DNA of 64,000 nucleotides from Octopus sinensis. Its lineage: Eukaryota. Positions 1 through 13,449 of the stretch are shown in pieces. A program made the translations under genes and the position numbers. The stretch spans positions 9,052,001 to 9,116,000 of the forward strand of contig NC_043007.1 in assembly GCF_006345805.1 (NCBI RefSeq). Reading direction: 5' to 3'. The notes below the pieces were generated by a model that was not told where the DNA came from, did not search any database, and was given only the letters and a program-made list of their open reading frames with translations. Numbering within the stretch: position 1 is the first letter of the stretch; every line of letters begins with the position of its first letter.

Positions 1-1380
1 TCCAGTCGCTTCTTCCATCACTAGCACTATATTTGAAATAAGCCTGATCGAGATATCTTAAAAGGCACACTCATTCCTAGAAAAACTCTTGTATCCCATA
101 TTGGGCCTCCCTTGCAAGATATTAGATTAAGCTATCCTTTTCCCCACATCTCTCATGTGTTATTTTTCACTGCACTGTTTTCCAGAAGTCATACATTAAT
201 TTTTGAAATTAGTCATGTTCTAGAACATAGATTAATAACCCTGGTTGCAGACACTGTTTTTTGTTTTATTTAAAAAGAAAAAAAAAACAGACATTAATAG
301 AACCACACAGGCAACTGCTGCCTCAAAAAATTCAGATGGCGTGTTTACAAATCCTAAACCCTAAATATCACGAACACACATACGCATACACAGGCGTATA
401 CAGACGCGCAAAGACGCGAATCTATATACACATACATACACATATACTCCGGAGCTTTAGCTGAATAAAAAAAACTTGCCTAAGGTTTACCACAGAGGAA
501 CTAAACCCAAAACCACAGGATTGAAAAGTGAGCATTTTCAACAGGCGTCAATATCTGAATCTATATAAGCGCGCGCGTGTGTGTTTGTGTGTATGTGTGT
601 GTGTGTGTGTCTGATAATGCAAACAAACGTGTATTTGTATATATGTATATAAACACACGCACACACATATATATATATATAGATATATATATATATGTAT
701 ATATACACATATATATACGCACATATACGTACATATATAGAGATGTATATATATATATACATATGTGTGTGTATATATATATATATTTATGTATGGGTAT
801 GTATACACGTGTATGTATAAGTAATTGCGTATATTGCGTGTGAGTACGTGTGTCTGTAAGTATTTTTCAGTGTACTTATAAGTGCAACAATGAATGTATT
901 TTCGGACGAAATATTTATATTGAAATTTCAGAACGCTGTTCTTTTAAGTTAAGAACAAATTATATTCTATTACAGAATAGGAACACTTAACAACGTCGCA
1001 TTTATTCTACCGTTTCGCCTGAGGGTATCAGTAGGTCATGAGTAAACGTCAACAATTGGATTACAAACCTAATTCAGACTCATCCATTATTGGTCTTGTT
1101 TCTCTTGACGCTCTTCTCGGTATTTTCCTCTCCTCTAGATAAAACCTGATTTCACGGGCTTGCGATAATACTGTACTTTAGCCATAAGACTCATGCATAC
1201 AAAGATACATACATACATGCATACAAAGATACAAAGATACATACATATATATATATGCATAACATATTTATAAACATACATATATGTAAATATACATATA
1301 TACAGACATGTGTATATATGCATATATAAGCTTATCTTCTTTCATCTATCTATCTAAATCTCTTGCTCTCTATCAATCTC

Positions 1381-1421
<41 letters not shown>

Positions 1422-1472
1422 GTGTGTGTATGTGTGCGTGCGTGTGTGCATATATGTGTGTGTATATATATG

Positions 1473-1533
<61 letters not shown>

Positions 1534-1914
1534 TATATAGATAGATAGATAGATAGAAAGATGTGTGTGTATGTATAGGTATGTATGTATGTATGTGTGT
1601 ATGTATGTAAGTACGTATATATATATATATAATATATATATATATTGTATATCAAAGAAAAATTCTCTCTAATGCGACCTTCAGTTATTAAGAGGGCAGG
1701 GCCTATGATAAAAGACTTTTGTTGACTATTGTCTACTGGAAGTACGACTACGTAGTGTTTACCTTCTGTTGTTGATACTGGTGATGATTATGCTGAAGTG
1801 ATTGTATTTAAACTAGGTATATCTAACTGGTGTAATTCACGTAAAATCTGATATTCACACTGCCTCTTTTTCTGAATAGAAATCTTAAACTGGCATTGCT
1901 TACGTATTTACATT

Positions 1915-2364
1915 GATTTCAAATTTGAGCACAAGGGTTTCAAGTTCAGAAGAGGGATGAGTCGATTACTTCGACCCCAATGCTCAACTCGTATCTGTTT
2001 TATCAACCCCGAAAGAATGAAAGACAAATACTTCTCACGCGATATTTGAACTCAGAACGTAATGAATTCAGAGCGTAATGAATTCAGAAAGTAATATCCC
2101 TAAGCATTTTGCTCGGAGTGTTAAAATTTCTTATTTCTTTATTGCCCACAATGGGCTAAACATAGAGGGGACAAACAAGGACAGACAAAGGGATTAAGTC
2201 GATTATATCGACCCCAGCGCGTAACTTGTACTTAATTTATCGACCCCGAGAAAATTAAAGGCAAAGTCGACCTCGGCAGAATTTGAACTCAGAACGTAAC
2301 GGCAGACGATATACGGCTACGCATTTCGCCCGGCGTGCTAACGTTTCTGCCAGCTCGCCGCCTT
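1915..2364 (-). mobile_element. tRNA-derived SINE family A, two units
   Basis: Head aaggcggcgagctggcagaaacgttagc (A box), gttctgagttcaaatt (B box), body gtcgactttgcctttcatcctttcggggtcgat. Confidence 0.85.
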
Positions 2365-2739
2365 TTTAATCGTTATAGTCACTGGATTGTGGTCATGACG
2401 TGGCACCACCTTAAACGGTTTAATGGGGAAAAAAATTAGATTCCTGTACTTATATTAAAGTCCATTACTTTTTATGTCGATGTCTTTTGTCACACCACTA
2501 AATCCCGTGACCGTACCAATATCGGTTGTGAATCGACGGTCCGGGACAAATACAAAGACACGTATATTTATATACATGCCCACTCGCATACACACATGCA
2601 CATACATATATATGAAGGGCTTCTACACAGTTTCTACCTGGCAATGTTGCTCACAATGCTTTGGTATGCTCCTTTCAAAAACGCAATCATTACTGCGTGG
2701 CACCACACACAACACGCCAACACAGCAGTCGCTCATAAT

Positions 2740-3690
2740 AGTCTTACATATGTACACATCCTGCCAACCTCACCCCTGATACCATTGACATAAGACCACG
2801 TGACACTGTCCTGGAAATTGTGAAGGCTTTTCCATCACTCGGAAGCTGATATTGGAGTGGTTGTACTATTCAGAATGACATCGAGAACAAGATCATCAAC
2901 GCAGCTCACGTTTCTTTCGGATGGCTTCCAAAATGAGTTTTCACAAACGATGAACTCTCCAACCAAACGAAAATTATGGTGAAGGCGCGTGGCTCAGTGG
3001 TTAGAGCGTCGAGCTTACGATCGTGAGGTTGTGAGCTCGAATCCCGGACTGGGCTGCGTGTTGTGTTCTTGAGCGAGACACTTTATTTCACGTTGCTCCA
3101 GTTCACTCAGCTGTAGAAATGAGTTGCGACGTCACAGGTGCCAAGCTGTATCGGTCCCTTTGCCTTTCCCTTGGACAACATCGGTGACGTGGAGAGGGGA
3201 GTCAGGTATGCATGGGTGACTGCTGGTCTTCCATAAAACAACCTTGCCCAGACTTGTGCCTTAGAGGGTAACTCTCTAGGTGCAAACCCATGGTCAGTGT
3301 CTCACCGAAGGGGGGTCACCACCACATATACCCACTCTCCTAAATGATTGTGGGACGTGGGTATTCTATCGATATGACTTGAACAAAATCAAACATTTCC
3401 AACAACACAAATTTCATACAGTCATGAGAACTCGGTGGAAGGAGTATGCTACCAATGAAGAGGTTATGCACTAAGCAACATTCAAGCTATCATGGCAGCA
3501 TCCTACTTCTGCTGATGAGAACACATCATACTTTTGACTCAAAAGCTCCTTCCCCGTCGACACTTCTTTCCAGAGTTGGCCTTCTGCACCAGACCAAGCA
3601 CAGATCCCAAATTCCGTTTCGCAAACCAGCTCAAGGCCAGTCTTCTCTACCCCCTTCTTCATTGACCCAAATACCTGGGAGATAATTGAT
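2740..3690 (+). mobile_element. RTE-clade LINE fragment (RT C-terminal region) interrupted by a SINE
   Basis: VLEIVKAFPSLGS..QNDIEN..AAHVSFG..VFTNDELSNQTKIMV [SINE] IPTLLNDCGTWVFYR..RTRWKEYATNEEV resembles RTE KIMVY..PTLLYGCETW..W.D.ITNEEV. Confidence 0.75.
2981..3320 (+). mobile_element. tRNA-derived SINE family E
   Basis: gaaggcgcgtggctcagtggttagagc (A box), gagctcgaatccc (B-box-like), core gttgtgttcttgagcgagacactt..gctccagttcactcagctg. Related copies near 26035 (+), 35000-35195 (-) and 37915-38190 (-). Confidence 0.85.
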
Positions 3691-3770
3691 TTCAGCAATA
3701 CACGTATTATATATACATACGTATGTATATAGGTATGTATACATTTCAGTGTATATACATATATACATAT

Positions 3771-3813
<43 letters not shown>

Positions 3814-4607
3814 TATATATATATACATACATATATACATACATATATATATATATGTACATATATATACATATATATATATAGGTATGTATACATTTAA
3901 GTGTATGTATCTCTGTGTTTGTGTATGCATATATGTATGTATATGTGTGTGTACGTATGCATGTTTGTCTGTAGTGCATTTTAGTCGGCCATAAAGTTCT
4001 GAACATAATATAATCAACGTTAATACGCGACTCAAGTTTCAGCAATAAATTTCTTACGTTCTTCTCGGGTTGCATCTCTGCAGATCACGTTGGTTGTCTT
4101 CAAAGAGAGAGTTTTACTCTGTTGATACATAATCACACTGATTCACACAATTTTATACGTACACTGAGAATGACAGCCTCTATCAAGTAAATATTTGGCC
4201 ATGTATTCAGGAACGTATGTCTAAATGTACACACATGCACTAAACACACACACACACATCCACATACACGAAAACATACACGCCTGGACACACGTCATGA
4301 GATACACTCAAACGGACAGAGAGGACCACGCAAAATCAATATTTAGTTGTACACAACTGATTTCGTGTTGATTGATAACTTACGTGTCATAAATAAAATA
4401 ATTACAAAAAAAAACTTTTACTCAGAATTGGCTGTGTGGCAAGTAGCTTGCCTACCAGCTATATGGTACCAGGTTCAGTCCCACTGCGTGGTATTTTGGG
4501 CAAATTTCTTTTATTATAGCCTTGGGCTGACCAAAGCCTTCTGAGTGGAAATATAATTACAGCGATATAGATATTATATATATATATACATCTATGTATG
4601 TATATAC

Positions 4608-5018
4608 TATTTTTACTTGTTTCAGTCATTTGACTGCGGACATGCTGTAGCACCACCTTTAGTCGAGCAAATCGACCCCGGGACTTATTCTTTGTAAGCC
4701 CAGTACTTATTCTATCGGTCTCTTTTGCCGAACCGCTAAGTGACGGGGACGTAAACACACCAGCATCGGTTGTCAAGCAATGCTAGGGGGACAAACACAG
4801 ACACACAAACATACACACACACACACACACATACATATATATACATATTTACGACGAGCTTCTTTCAGTTTCCGTCTACCAAATCCACTCACAACGGCTT
4901 TGGTCAGCCCGAGGCTATAGTAGAAGACACTTGCCCAAGATGCCACGCAGTGAGACTGAACTCGGAACCATGTGGTTGGTAAGCAAGCTTACTTACCACA
5001 CAGCCACACCTGCGCCTA
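4608..5018 (-). mobile_element. tRNA-derived SINE family B with an internal CA/TA microsatellite
   Basis: Head gcaggtgtggctgtgtggtaag..ggttccgagttcagtc, core ttgggcaagtgtcttct, tail cgcagtcaaatgactgaaacaagtaaaa. Confidence 0.85.
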
Positions 5019-6656
5019 TATATATACTTAGAAAATATACTTAGAAAATGGCAAAGAATTCTTCATGCAGATTGAATACTTTAAAAAAAGATTTAAATAC
5101 TTTAAAATCATTAATTACATAACTGAAATTATTAATTATATGAAAAAAATTGTATTGTGACGAGGGGTTTCCGTTATTAAACACGTGTGTTTAAAAGCAT
5201 GTGTGTGTGTACACTGCGGATTTCCTAACGTAGATCCAGTGAAAATTATATGTGGATGACACCAGGAAACTCAACGGTGAACGTACCTTAAACGACATAG
5301 TAATAGACATATATCCAAAGTCCAAATAGTTACCGAGTTCAAATTCCACCGAGGTCGACTTTGCCTTTCATACTTTCGGGGTCAATAAATTAAGTACCAG
5401 TTTCGTACTGGGTTAGATTTAATTGATTGGTCCCCTCCTGCCAAATTTCGGGCCTTGTGCCTAGAGTCGAAACGAATATATATATATATATTATGTCAGG
5501 GGAAAAATGGCAACCCAGACAGGACGAGCATCTCCAGTCATATAGAATAAGTTAATATAGAAAAATTTAATAATTTGAAGTCTACAGCCGTTTCTGTTAT
5601 ACCTCAACTGAGGACAGCATATCCGCACACCGAGTATTCCGTCATTGAACGTCAGTCGTATCCCTCTAATCACTATCGATGTTCATCCAAAGTTCAAGGA
5701 AAAATAAAATATCCCTATATTTAAAAACGAATAGATACACACTTACAGAAGTAAATAGGAGAGAATGATAACAAAACTATTTATCAAAACGTTAATAAAT
5801 GCCGTAGAAAAAAAGGAGCTTAACACCATTTTTTTCCCTTGTTTTCACAAAACGATTGATCAAACTCATCTCAACTACTTCAACCCATGAGTATCATTTC
5901 AATGAGGGCATTAGTACGACAATGTTGGGTTGTAATCGAAGTATAAGGATTCCCAAAACACAACCAATGATTGGATATTTAATAGCCGATATCTATACTT
6001 TTATTAAAATATACTATCGCCATTATTGCAAATATTCACATCATATATTTTATACAAACAGGGAATTATGTTGTTTTAATATTTTTACATTATTTTATAT
6101 AAATAAAAAAGTTTAAATTTCTTTCAAAATAAAACTAGATAATAATTGCACACGAAGTTTATCTGAGAGTAGTTTGAAGAATTGCTAATCCGTTCGGTAT
6201 TGTTTTTGCTCTATTTGTTAATGGTTATTTTTTTTAAAACTTTAATTGTATTAGGAGCGAATGTAGTTCTCTTGAATGTTTGTTTGCGTTTTTTTTGGTA
6301 TTTGTTTCATTATCAGATTTAAGATTTAAGGAAAACGAATAATTTGATTTATAGAATCACAAGGAACATTTTCTTCAAGGAAATTTATGCTTCTCAGATG
6401 ACGAGAAACTAATAGTCTATACTCATGTTCACACATACATGGACATGGAGTCTCACGCATACACACACACATAGTCACGCATGCACACACATATACACAT
6501 ACATTTATACGTACATATATATGCGAGTGATTGTAGGTTTATGTGTTTGTGTGAGAGAGAGATAGGGAGACAGAGAGAGAGTGATTGCATGTATCTGTGT
6601 GTCTACCGGTGTATACATATATATGCATACATACAAACACGCACACATATATGTAT

Positions 6657-6705
<49 letters not shown>

Positions 6706-9651
6706 TATAGAGATTCATATATGTATGTATATATATATATATATACCTGCGTGTGTGTGTATGGGAGTATTTTTATGTATAGACATGATGAATGATATTT
6801 ATATATACATATACACGCACATACAATCTTATACATTCACATGCAAAAACATACACCCATACACACACTAGAATATGTATGTGCGTGCGTAAAACCAATT
6901 TTCCTCTCATCTCAAGACGACCACGTTAATTAATAGAATGTCACGTGATTAAATCATTAAATTTGTCAATGGATTTTATTTGGAAATAACACGGCATATT
7001 CTTTTTAATATATATTATAGGAGGAAAAGACAGAATATTATGAAAGAAAGGAGATTTGCGGGTGTAGTCCGCCCCCTCCCTTCGCCTACCTTTGTGGCTG
7101 AGGTTCATTATATTCAACTAAGTATTAACCCCCTGGATATATTTGTATACGGTGGTCAATTGGCAGATTCGATGGTGCGTCGAACAAAATACTTGGTGAC
7201 ATTACTTTCTACTTTTTAAAACGTTCCCAGTGCAAATTCCCTAGAGGTCAACAGTTTTTATTTTTGGTTCCATTTGATGTAGATAAAACTTGGGTCCAGT
7301 ACTGGTGACGATGAGTTCTACTTTCACCCTCCCCACAAAATCCAGACCTTTGCATATAGTAGAAAGGATTATTAGATTTATCCTACATTATATCGTTACA
7401 GCTCGGCGCAACCCCAAACATTTGGTATCACCTGTTGGCCTCATTAGGGTGTAGCCAGCATAATAGAATAGGAGCTTTCATATACGTATTCAAAACGTAG
7501 AGTAGCAGGAGATTCCTTAGTGGTATGGAGGCCGTGGTTGAAGCCAATAGCGATTTTATTGAATAAATTTACTGTCGTTCATTCTATTGGAATGTGTAAC
7601 CATCTTTCTTTCACAACCATACCATTTTAAATTCAGAAAGTGACACTTAAAAACGACATCCCTTTAAAAAGAAATAGCGATTTTTCTCGTTTCTTTTAGG
7701 GGGGAAGGATTACATTCACCACCATTTATTTCTCAAGAATTCTGAGACTTTTATTTAAAGAGAATGGGAAGAATTAATCCTTAAACAAGAGATTTAACTA
7801 CTTGGTTGTCGGCGATATTCTTTCTTTTCAATTTTGCTGTTTGTATGACCCTTTCAAATGTTATTTCAAGCTGCATACTAGTTTAATGGTAGTGTTTTAT
7901 GGGGTTTCATAACTCTATTTTTCAGTTACAAATTATGCTAATCGGTTTAGAAGTTGAAATTAAATTTTACTTCTGTTCCGATATATGAAGAGGGAGTACG
8001 AGGTAGACAAAAGGTAGTGAATTTATCTAACAATCCAATAGAATGTTTGCCTAAAGGTCAGGTTCTGCTGCTATACAACTAAACAGGTTTAAAATGTACC
8101 AAGGAAGAACTCACAACATAAAATACAACCTAAACTAGTCCCACAAGTCATCTCAGTCAGCGACCATACAATTTCATCAATCCATAGCTCTGGACTTCTA
8201 CTTATTTTATTGGTTCTGTAACAACGCAACAGAGGAGTTACCAGTGTAGGATTCGAACTCAGTGTAGGATTAGAACTCAGGAGAAAGAAAATGGGGATGC
8301 CATTTTGTATTCCGCTCTGTCGATACTGCCAGTTAATTGGATACGTTTTCAGTTCTGACTTGTTATTCAACGGCAGCAACAAGAGAACTACGTTGATTAG
8401 TTTTATCGAATCCTGAGATTGAAATATGAATTGTTATCCCGGTAGGACTTCTTGATTGCGGAACGTAAAGGGATTAACAAATTCTTTATTTGATATTTAG
8501 CCCAATTTTAGCACACCGGAAAACAGGCTTATCGACATTGCGTCTGTCTTTGCTTTCTGATTTCATGTTTCGCCGAGGATGACTTTGCCTTTCATACTTT
8601 CAAGGTCGATAAAAATAAGTACCAGCTGAGCCCTGGGGTCCATATAATCGGCTTTCCCACCCTCAAGATTGCTGACCTTGAGCCAAACTTTGAAACCAAT
8701 TTTTTGTCTGCATTTAGCACGCTGGACGAAAGGTTTATCGGTATTTCACCGGTCTTCACTTCACTTTCTGACTTGAAATTTTGCCGAGGTCAACTTTGTT
8801 TATCATCGCTTTCAGGCTCGATAAGACAAGTACCAGTTGATCACGGGCATCGATAAAATAGGTACCAGTTGATCACTAGCAACGATAAGATAAGTGGTAG
8901 TTGACCACTGGGCTTCTCCATCCCTGAGAATTGCTGACCTTGTGCTCAGATTAGAAAGGATATTTAGTCTACTCTTCTAAATGTTCCACAAGTCAGCGCT
9001 CATTCTGGACTCAATATAAGAATTGAGAATTATCCACCTGATGTCAATGAAATAGGTACTAAAGAACTAAAGCTGCAATAATATGTTAACTTCTATTAAA
9101 TCCAATATTATCCCTTCGTTACAAAGCATTGCCTATTGCATCGCCAAGTCAAAAGAAATCACTTTAGACGTTGCATTGAAGTAAAACCGTTTAATAAAAA
9201 CCAGGGAATTGAAAATCACTATAATACTATCGCAGGAAATGAAATAGAAGCAAAGACAGAATTAAATCACTTTGAAGAATTCTTACAACGTCAGTTCCAT
9301 ACACTGACCACAAGAAAAAAATAAAAGACATCAATTAAATCCGTCCAATTTGTTCATTTATTCACGGTTTTACTAAATCAAACTTTTATATAAAAGCAAA
9401 GCCTATTAATTATTCATTTGAGATTATCCGGAAAATAATAGAATTATAATTTGAAATTGACGAAAGAGAGAGATTGAGATATTCTGCCGTTATGTTGTTC
9501 TCTGAGATCTTTTGGAATAATAATAAAAACAAAAATGGTGATGATCGTGTCGTTTATAAAGTAAAGACTATTAATTCTGTTGTGAATATGATTTCTTTCT
9601 CGAGGTTATTGTTCTCTCCGTTGTCTCTTTACGAGAGGAGAATGAATTCCA

Positions 9652-9692
<41 letters not shown>

Positions 9693-10395
9693 GACCAACA
9701 CAACCATTATTATAAATGTCACTAACACTACCACTACTATAACTGCCACCAACACGATTATCGCTATGAAGACGACGACGACAACAATGTTGGAGACTAC
9801 AACGACGATGTTGACATCGATGGCAACGACGACGACAGGAGAGCTGGCAGAAACGTTAGCGCGCCGGGCGAAATGCGTAGACGTATTTCGTCTGTCATTA
9901 CGTTCTGAGTTCAAATTCCGCCGAGGTCTACTTTGCCTTTCGTCCTTTCAGGGTCGATAAATTAAGTTCCAGTTACGCACTGGGGTCGATTTAATCGACG
10001 TAATACCTATGTCTGTCCTTGTTTGTCCCCTCTATATTTAGCCCCTTGTGGGTAGTAAAGAAATAGGTAGCGACGTCGTCCAAAATAGCGGTGACGTCAA
10101 GAAAAATGGCGTCGGTGGTAATGGCAACGGCTGTGACGACGACACCGATGACAACGATGTCGGTAGCTATGACGACGACGTCATCGGCATTGATGTTGTA
10201 TATAACGATGGTGACGTTGAGGGAAACGGCGGAGGCAGCGATTGTAACAGCTAGACGACGACGAGGACGACAACGGCGGCGACTACGATGCAGGCGGCGG
10301 TGGCTACAACGATGCCGGCGGTTACGAGGGCAACGTCGACAGCGGTAACTACGAGGATGTCGATAACGGTAGTTGCGCCGACCACGTCAGTAATA
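9652..10395 (+). repeat. (GTC)n followed by degenerate ACG/GAC/GGC low-complexity sequence
   Basis: Direct reading; interrupted by SINE A at 9836-10070. Confidence 0.85.
9836..10070 (+). mobile_element. SINE family A
   Basis: Same head, B box and body as the other copies; ends gtaaagaaata. Confidence 0.85.
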
Positions 10396-10758
10396 ATGGT
10401 TTCGAATATTGGCACAAGGCCAGAAGGAAAAAAAATGCCGCTCAGGAGTTGGCCTGGTGTGCTAATGATGCTGCAAGTTTACCACCTTCATGACAACAGT
10501 AATAAAAACGCTGATATCTAATAGCAACAGAAGTGCAGAAATTTGTTGGAGAAGGCAGCCAACTAAACTAATCCCTCAAACCCACCAGATGACTGGTACA
10601 CTATTTTATCAACTATGGAAGAAAAAAAAAGAAATTTGGCTTCTGCAGTATTTGAACGCGAAACGAAAAGAAGCAGGAGCATTTCTGCGATGCCTGTTTG
10701 CTAGAGGACATTCACTCATTCTATCACTCTTATCATCATACGAGTATATTGAGATTCA

Positions 10759-11140
10759 CGGAGGCGCAATGGCCCAGTGGTTAGGGCAGCGGTCTTGCGC
10801 TCTTAGGATCGCGGTTTCGATTCCCAGATCGGGCGTTGTGAGTGTTTATATAGCGAAAGCACATAAAGCTCCAAGAGTTTCCGGCAGTGGGGTGGTGGCG
10901 AACCCTGCTGTACTCTTTCACCATAACTTTCTCTCACCCTTTCTTTCTGTTTCTGTTGTACCTGTATTTCAAAGGGGGCCAGCCTTATCCCTCTCACGCT
11001 GAATCTCCCCGAGAACTACGTTAAGGGTACACGTGTCTGTGGAGTGCTCAGCCACTTGCACGTTAATTTCACGAGCAGGCTGTTCTGCTGATCGAATCAA
11101 CTGGCACACTCGTCGTCGTTACCGACGGAGTGCCAGTCGT
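10759..11140 (+). mobile_element. tRNA-derived SINE family C
   Basis: ggaggcgcaatggcccagtggttaggg (A box), ggtttcgattccc (B box); colinear with 37506-37889. Confidence 0.85.
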
Positions 11141-11684
11141 ATTGAGCGTCATATATAAATAATGAACATTTTTTTTTTTAAATAGCATTTTGATAAGGTT
11201 ATCTCTACAGATATGCTATTGAAATTATAATCGACATAATCTCTTTCTCACACTTGCTGGCCTTGTGCCAAACATTGGAATTAATAATTAATTTCAACAC
11301 TAAATTTAGTATCATCTTTATTATTATTTTAATTGAAAAACGGAAATAGATCAGTTCGACATGATTTTTAAGTCTTGGTTTTTCTTCTCTCTAATTTCCC
11401 CTTCACAGCGGCAAATTGGTAGAAGTACTATTCTGTCGGACAAAACGCTTTGTGATATATCTTCCAGCCCTGGTAGACGGAATGGGCTACTCGATCATTA
11501 GAAAATCCTGACTGGGCCCCCTACCTACAAGGTCATGCACTGTTTATCTTGATATGAGAACACCATGTCGAGCACATATGGTTATAATGCATGTGCCTGG
11601 TGTCCCCTTAACAGACGGGTAGTCATGATGGGTATACTGGGCTTCGTCACTTTGATGGCATGCACTGCTCTCACTCAATAATAA

Positions 11685-11796
11685 TAATTCGAAATTTCCC
11701 CAAGAAACCCGATGTATGTTGGAGGGCATATCAACCGAAACGTTGTGTTAACAACAAAGATGAAGACAAATATCTGTCAAATGCAAATACTGTACA
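11685..11796 (+). mobile_element. Degenerate second copy of the hammerhead-bearing tail seen at 50388-50500
   Basis: ttcgaaatttccccaagaaacccgatgta..caaccgaaacgttgtgttaacaac..gacaaatatctgtcaaatgcaaatactgtaca is colinear with the minus strand of 50388-50500. Confidence 0.75.
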
Positions 11797-12062
11797 TAAT
11801 TCTTTATCTCTTAAATATAGAACTGTATCCTCAACTATCCCTAAATTTCTTTATCACTCTTTCTCTCCCTCTCTTTTTCTTTCATTCTTTCCTCTCTCTC
11901 TCTCACTTTTCTCTGTCTTCCCCACCGCCCCCACCGTCACTATGCCTACTATTACTCTCACCCCAGCACGAAGAAGTGTCATTGAATAGTGCGAGGGTGT
12001 GTCAAAGTGTGACACACTGACACACAGATATTAGTTTTCGCATTTATTATATTATATTATAT

Positions 12063-12114
<52 letters not shown>

Positions 12115-12133
12115 TGTGTGTGTGTGTGTGTGT

Positions 12134-12165
<32 letters not shown>

Positions 12166-12866
12166 ATACAATGTTGTCTTCCCGCTAATGTTTTATAATA
12201 GAAAACAAGAAGGGAAGGACATGCACTAATATGGAATGGAATCAATTACGTTTGACAAAAAAGGATTACTAACAGAGCGCTGTTCAATTTTATTTTTCTC
12301 TATTGCGCCTGCCTCGGGTCTAAACATAAGCAAAACCTACAACAACAAGAACAATTACAAAAATATTAAATTCAGTATGGTATCGTTATGACACTTTAAT
12401 TTTATTGGATATGAAGACTTTAGTTTGTTTCCATCGTAGTAAGTAGAAGAAACCTGGAGAGTTAAATATCTCGATAAAACAGAATTACTCCTGAATCGCA
12501 AAAGAAATAGAAAGCTGACACTGAATTCCATTTCTCTGAATGCATTTTTTGCTTGTTGTCACGTGTCACATTTGTCAAGTAACTCAGAAACTTTCAAATC
12601 AAAATGTAGTTATCATTCAGTTATTGATTATGTTCTGTCTAATTCTTACGCCAGAGAAAAATGTCTCGTCACTTTTATTCCTGTTAAACGTTCGGAGCTC
12701 AAATTAAAGAGAGGTTCACATTGCCTCTCATCCTTTCTGCTTCGATAAAATGTGTATCAGTCGGATGCTGAGGTCGATGTAATCCACTATTTCTCTCCCA
12801 TAAAGTCTTGGCCTTGTGCTTAGAATTTTTGGGGGATCGGGATAGGGTGATTATTGTAGAAGGATT

Positions 12867-13330
12867 ATTATTTTATGTTTGACTTTTGCTTTACAATTGT
12901 ACAAGTTGGCTCCAAGTCTCACCTAGAGACCTTAAGAGACAACAAATCGGAAGTTCATGTCTGTGTTATGCCTAGGGTGCCATATATTTGGTTTATTCTA
13001 GAGAATGTTTAAGAAACCATAAGAAAATTATGTTTGTTTTAAAACTTGCGATTACATAGAAAGTAATTTGTGTAAGATATGGGTATTTCCCATGAGCCCT
13101 ATCTTTTGAATTTCTGCCATTCTGGGCTTTCCTTGTATCTGAGCTAGGTAGCAATCAGCCCCTTTTGCTATCATTCCCAGGGCACCCATGACAACAGGTA
13201 TTGTTTTAGTTTTCAGGTTCCATAATTGCTAATTTCTGTTTCAAGATCTTTATACTTGCTCAGTTTTTGGGAGGTCTTGACAGATACGTTTATATCGAAT
13301 GGGACAGTGATACCAATGAGGAGGCATGGA
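12867..13330 (-). mobile_element. Short 3' fragment of a second R4/Dong subfamily
   Basis: Minus translation CLLIGITVPFDINVSVKTSQKLSKYKDLETEI..IPVVMGALGMIAKG..MAEIQKIGLMGNTHILHKLLSM* parallels the C-terminus of the long element; 3' UTR ends in AATAAT; 5' side abuts (AAT)n. Confidence 0.85.
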
Positions 13331-13376
<46 letters not shown>

Positions 13377-13377
13377 A

Positions 13378-13424
<47 letters not shown>

Positions 13425-13449
13425 TAATAATAATAATAATAATAATAAC

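Noticed and set aside
1005-1045. Hammerhead-like remnant on the minus strand (ctactgataccctcaggcgaaacggtag)
   Set aside because: Core lacks G8, stem II is poor and there is no valid cleavage site; possibly a decayed relative but not supportable.
2981-3060. SINE heads as tRNA genes
   Set aside because: A and B boxes are present but acceptor stems do not close and heads continue into repeated SINE bodies.
5585-5720. Open + frame AVSVIPQLRTAYPHTEYSVIERQSYPSNHYRCS
   Set aside because: Weak acceptor, no convincing donor, no recognised motif.
6385-6425. cagatgacgagaaactaatagtc: near-palindromic stem III with GTC
   Set aside because: Core mismatch, no stem II and no stem I pairing.
7400-7620. Coding-like minus-strand stretch (WLHIPIE*..FNKIAIGFNHG)
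   Set aside because: Contains stops; may be an old LINE fragment but the family could not be assigned.
8233-8282. 18-bp tandem cagtgtaggattcgaact
   Set aside because: Only about two units; no further structure.
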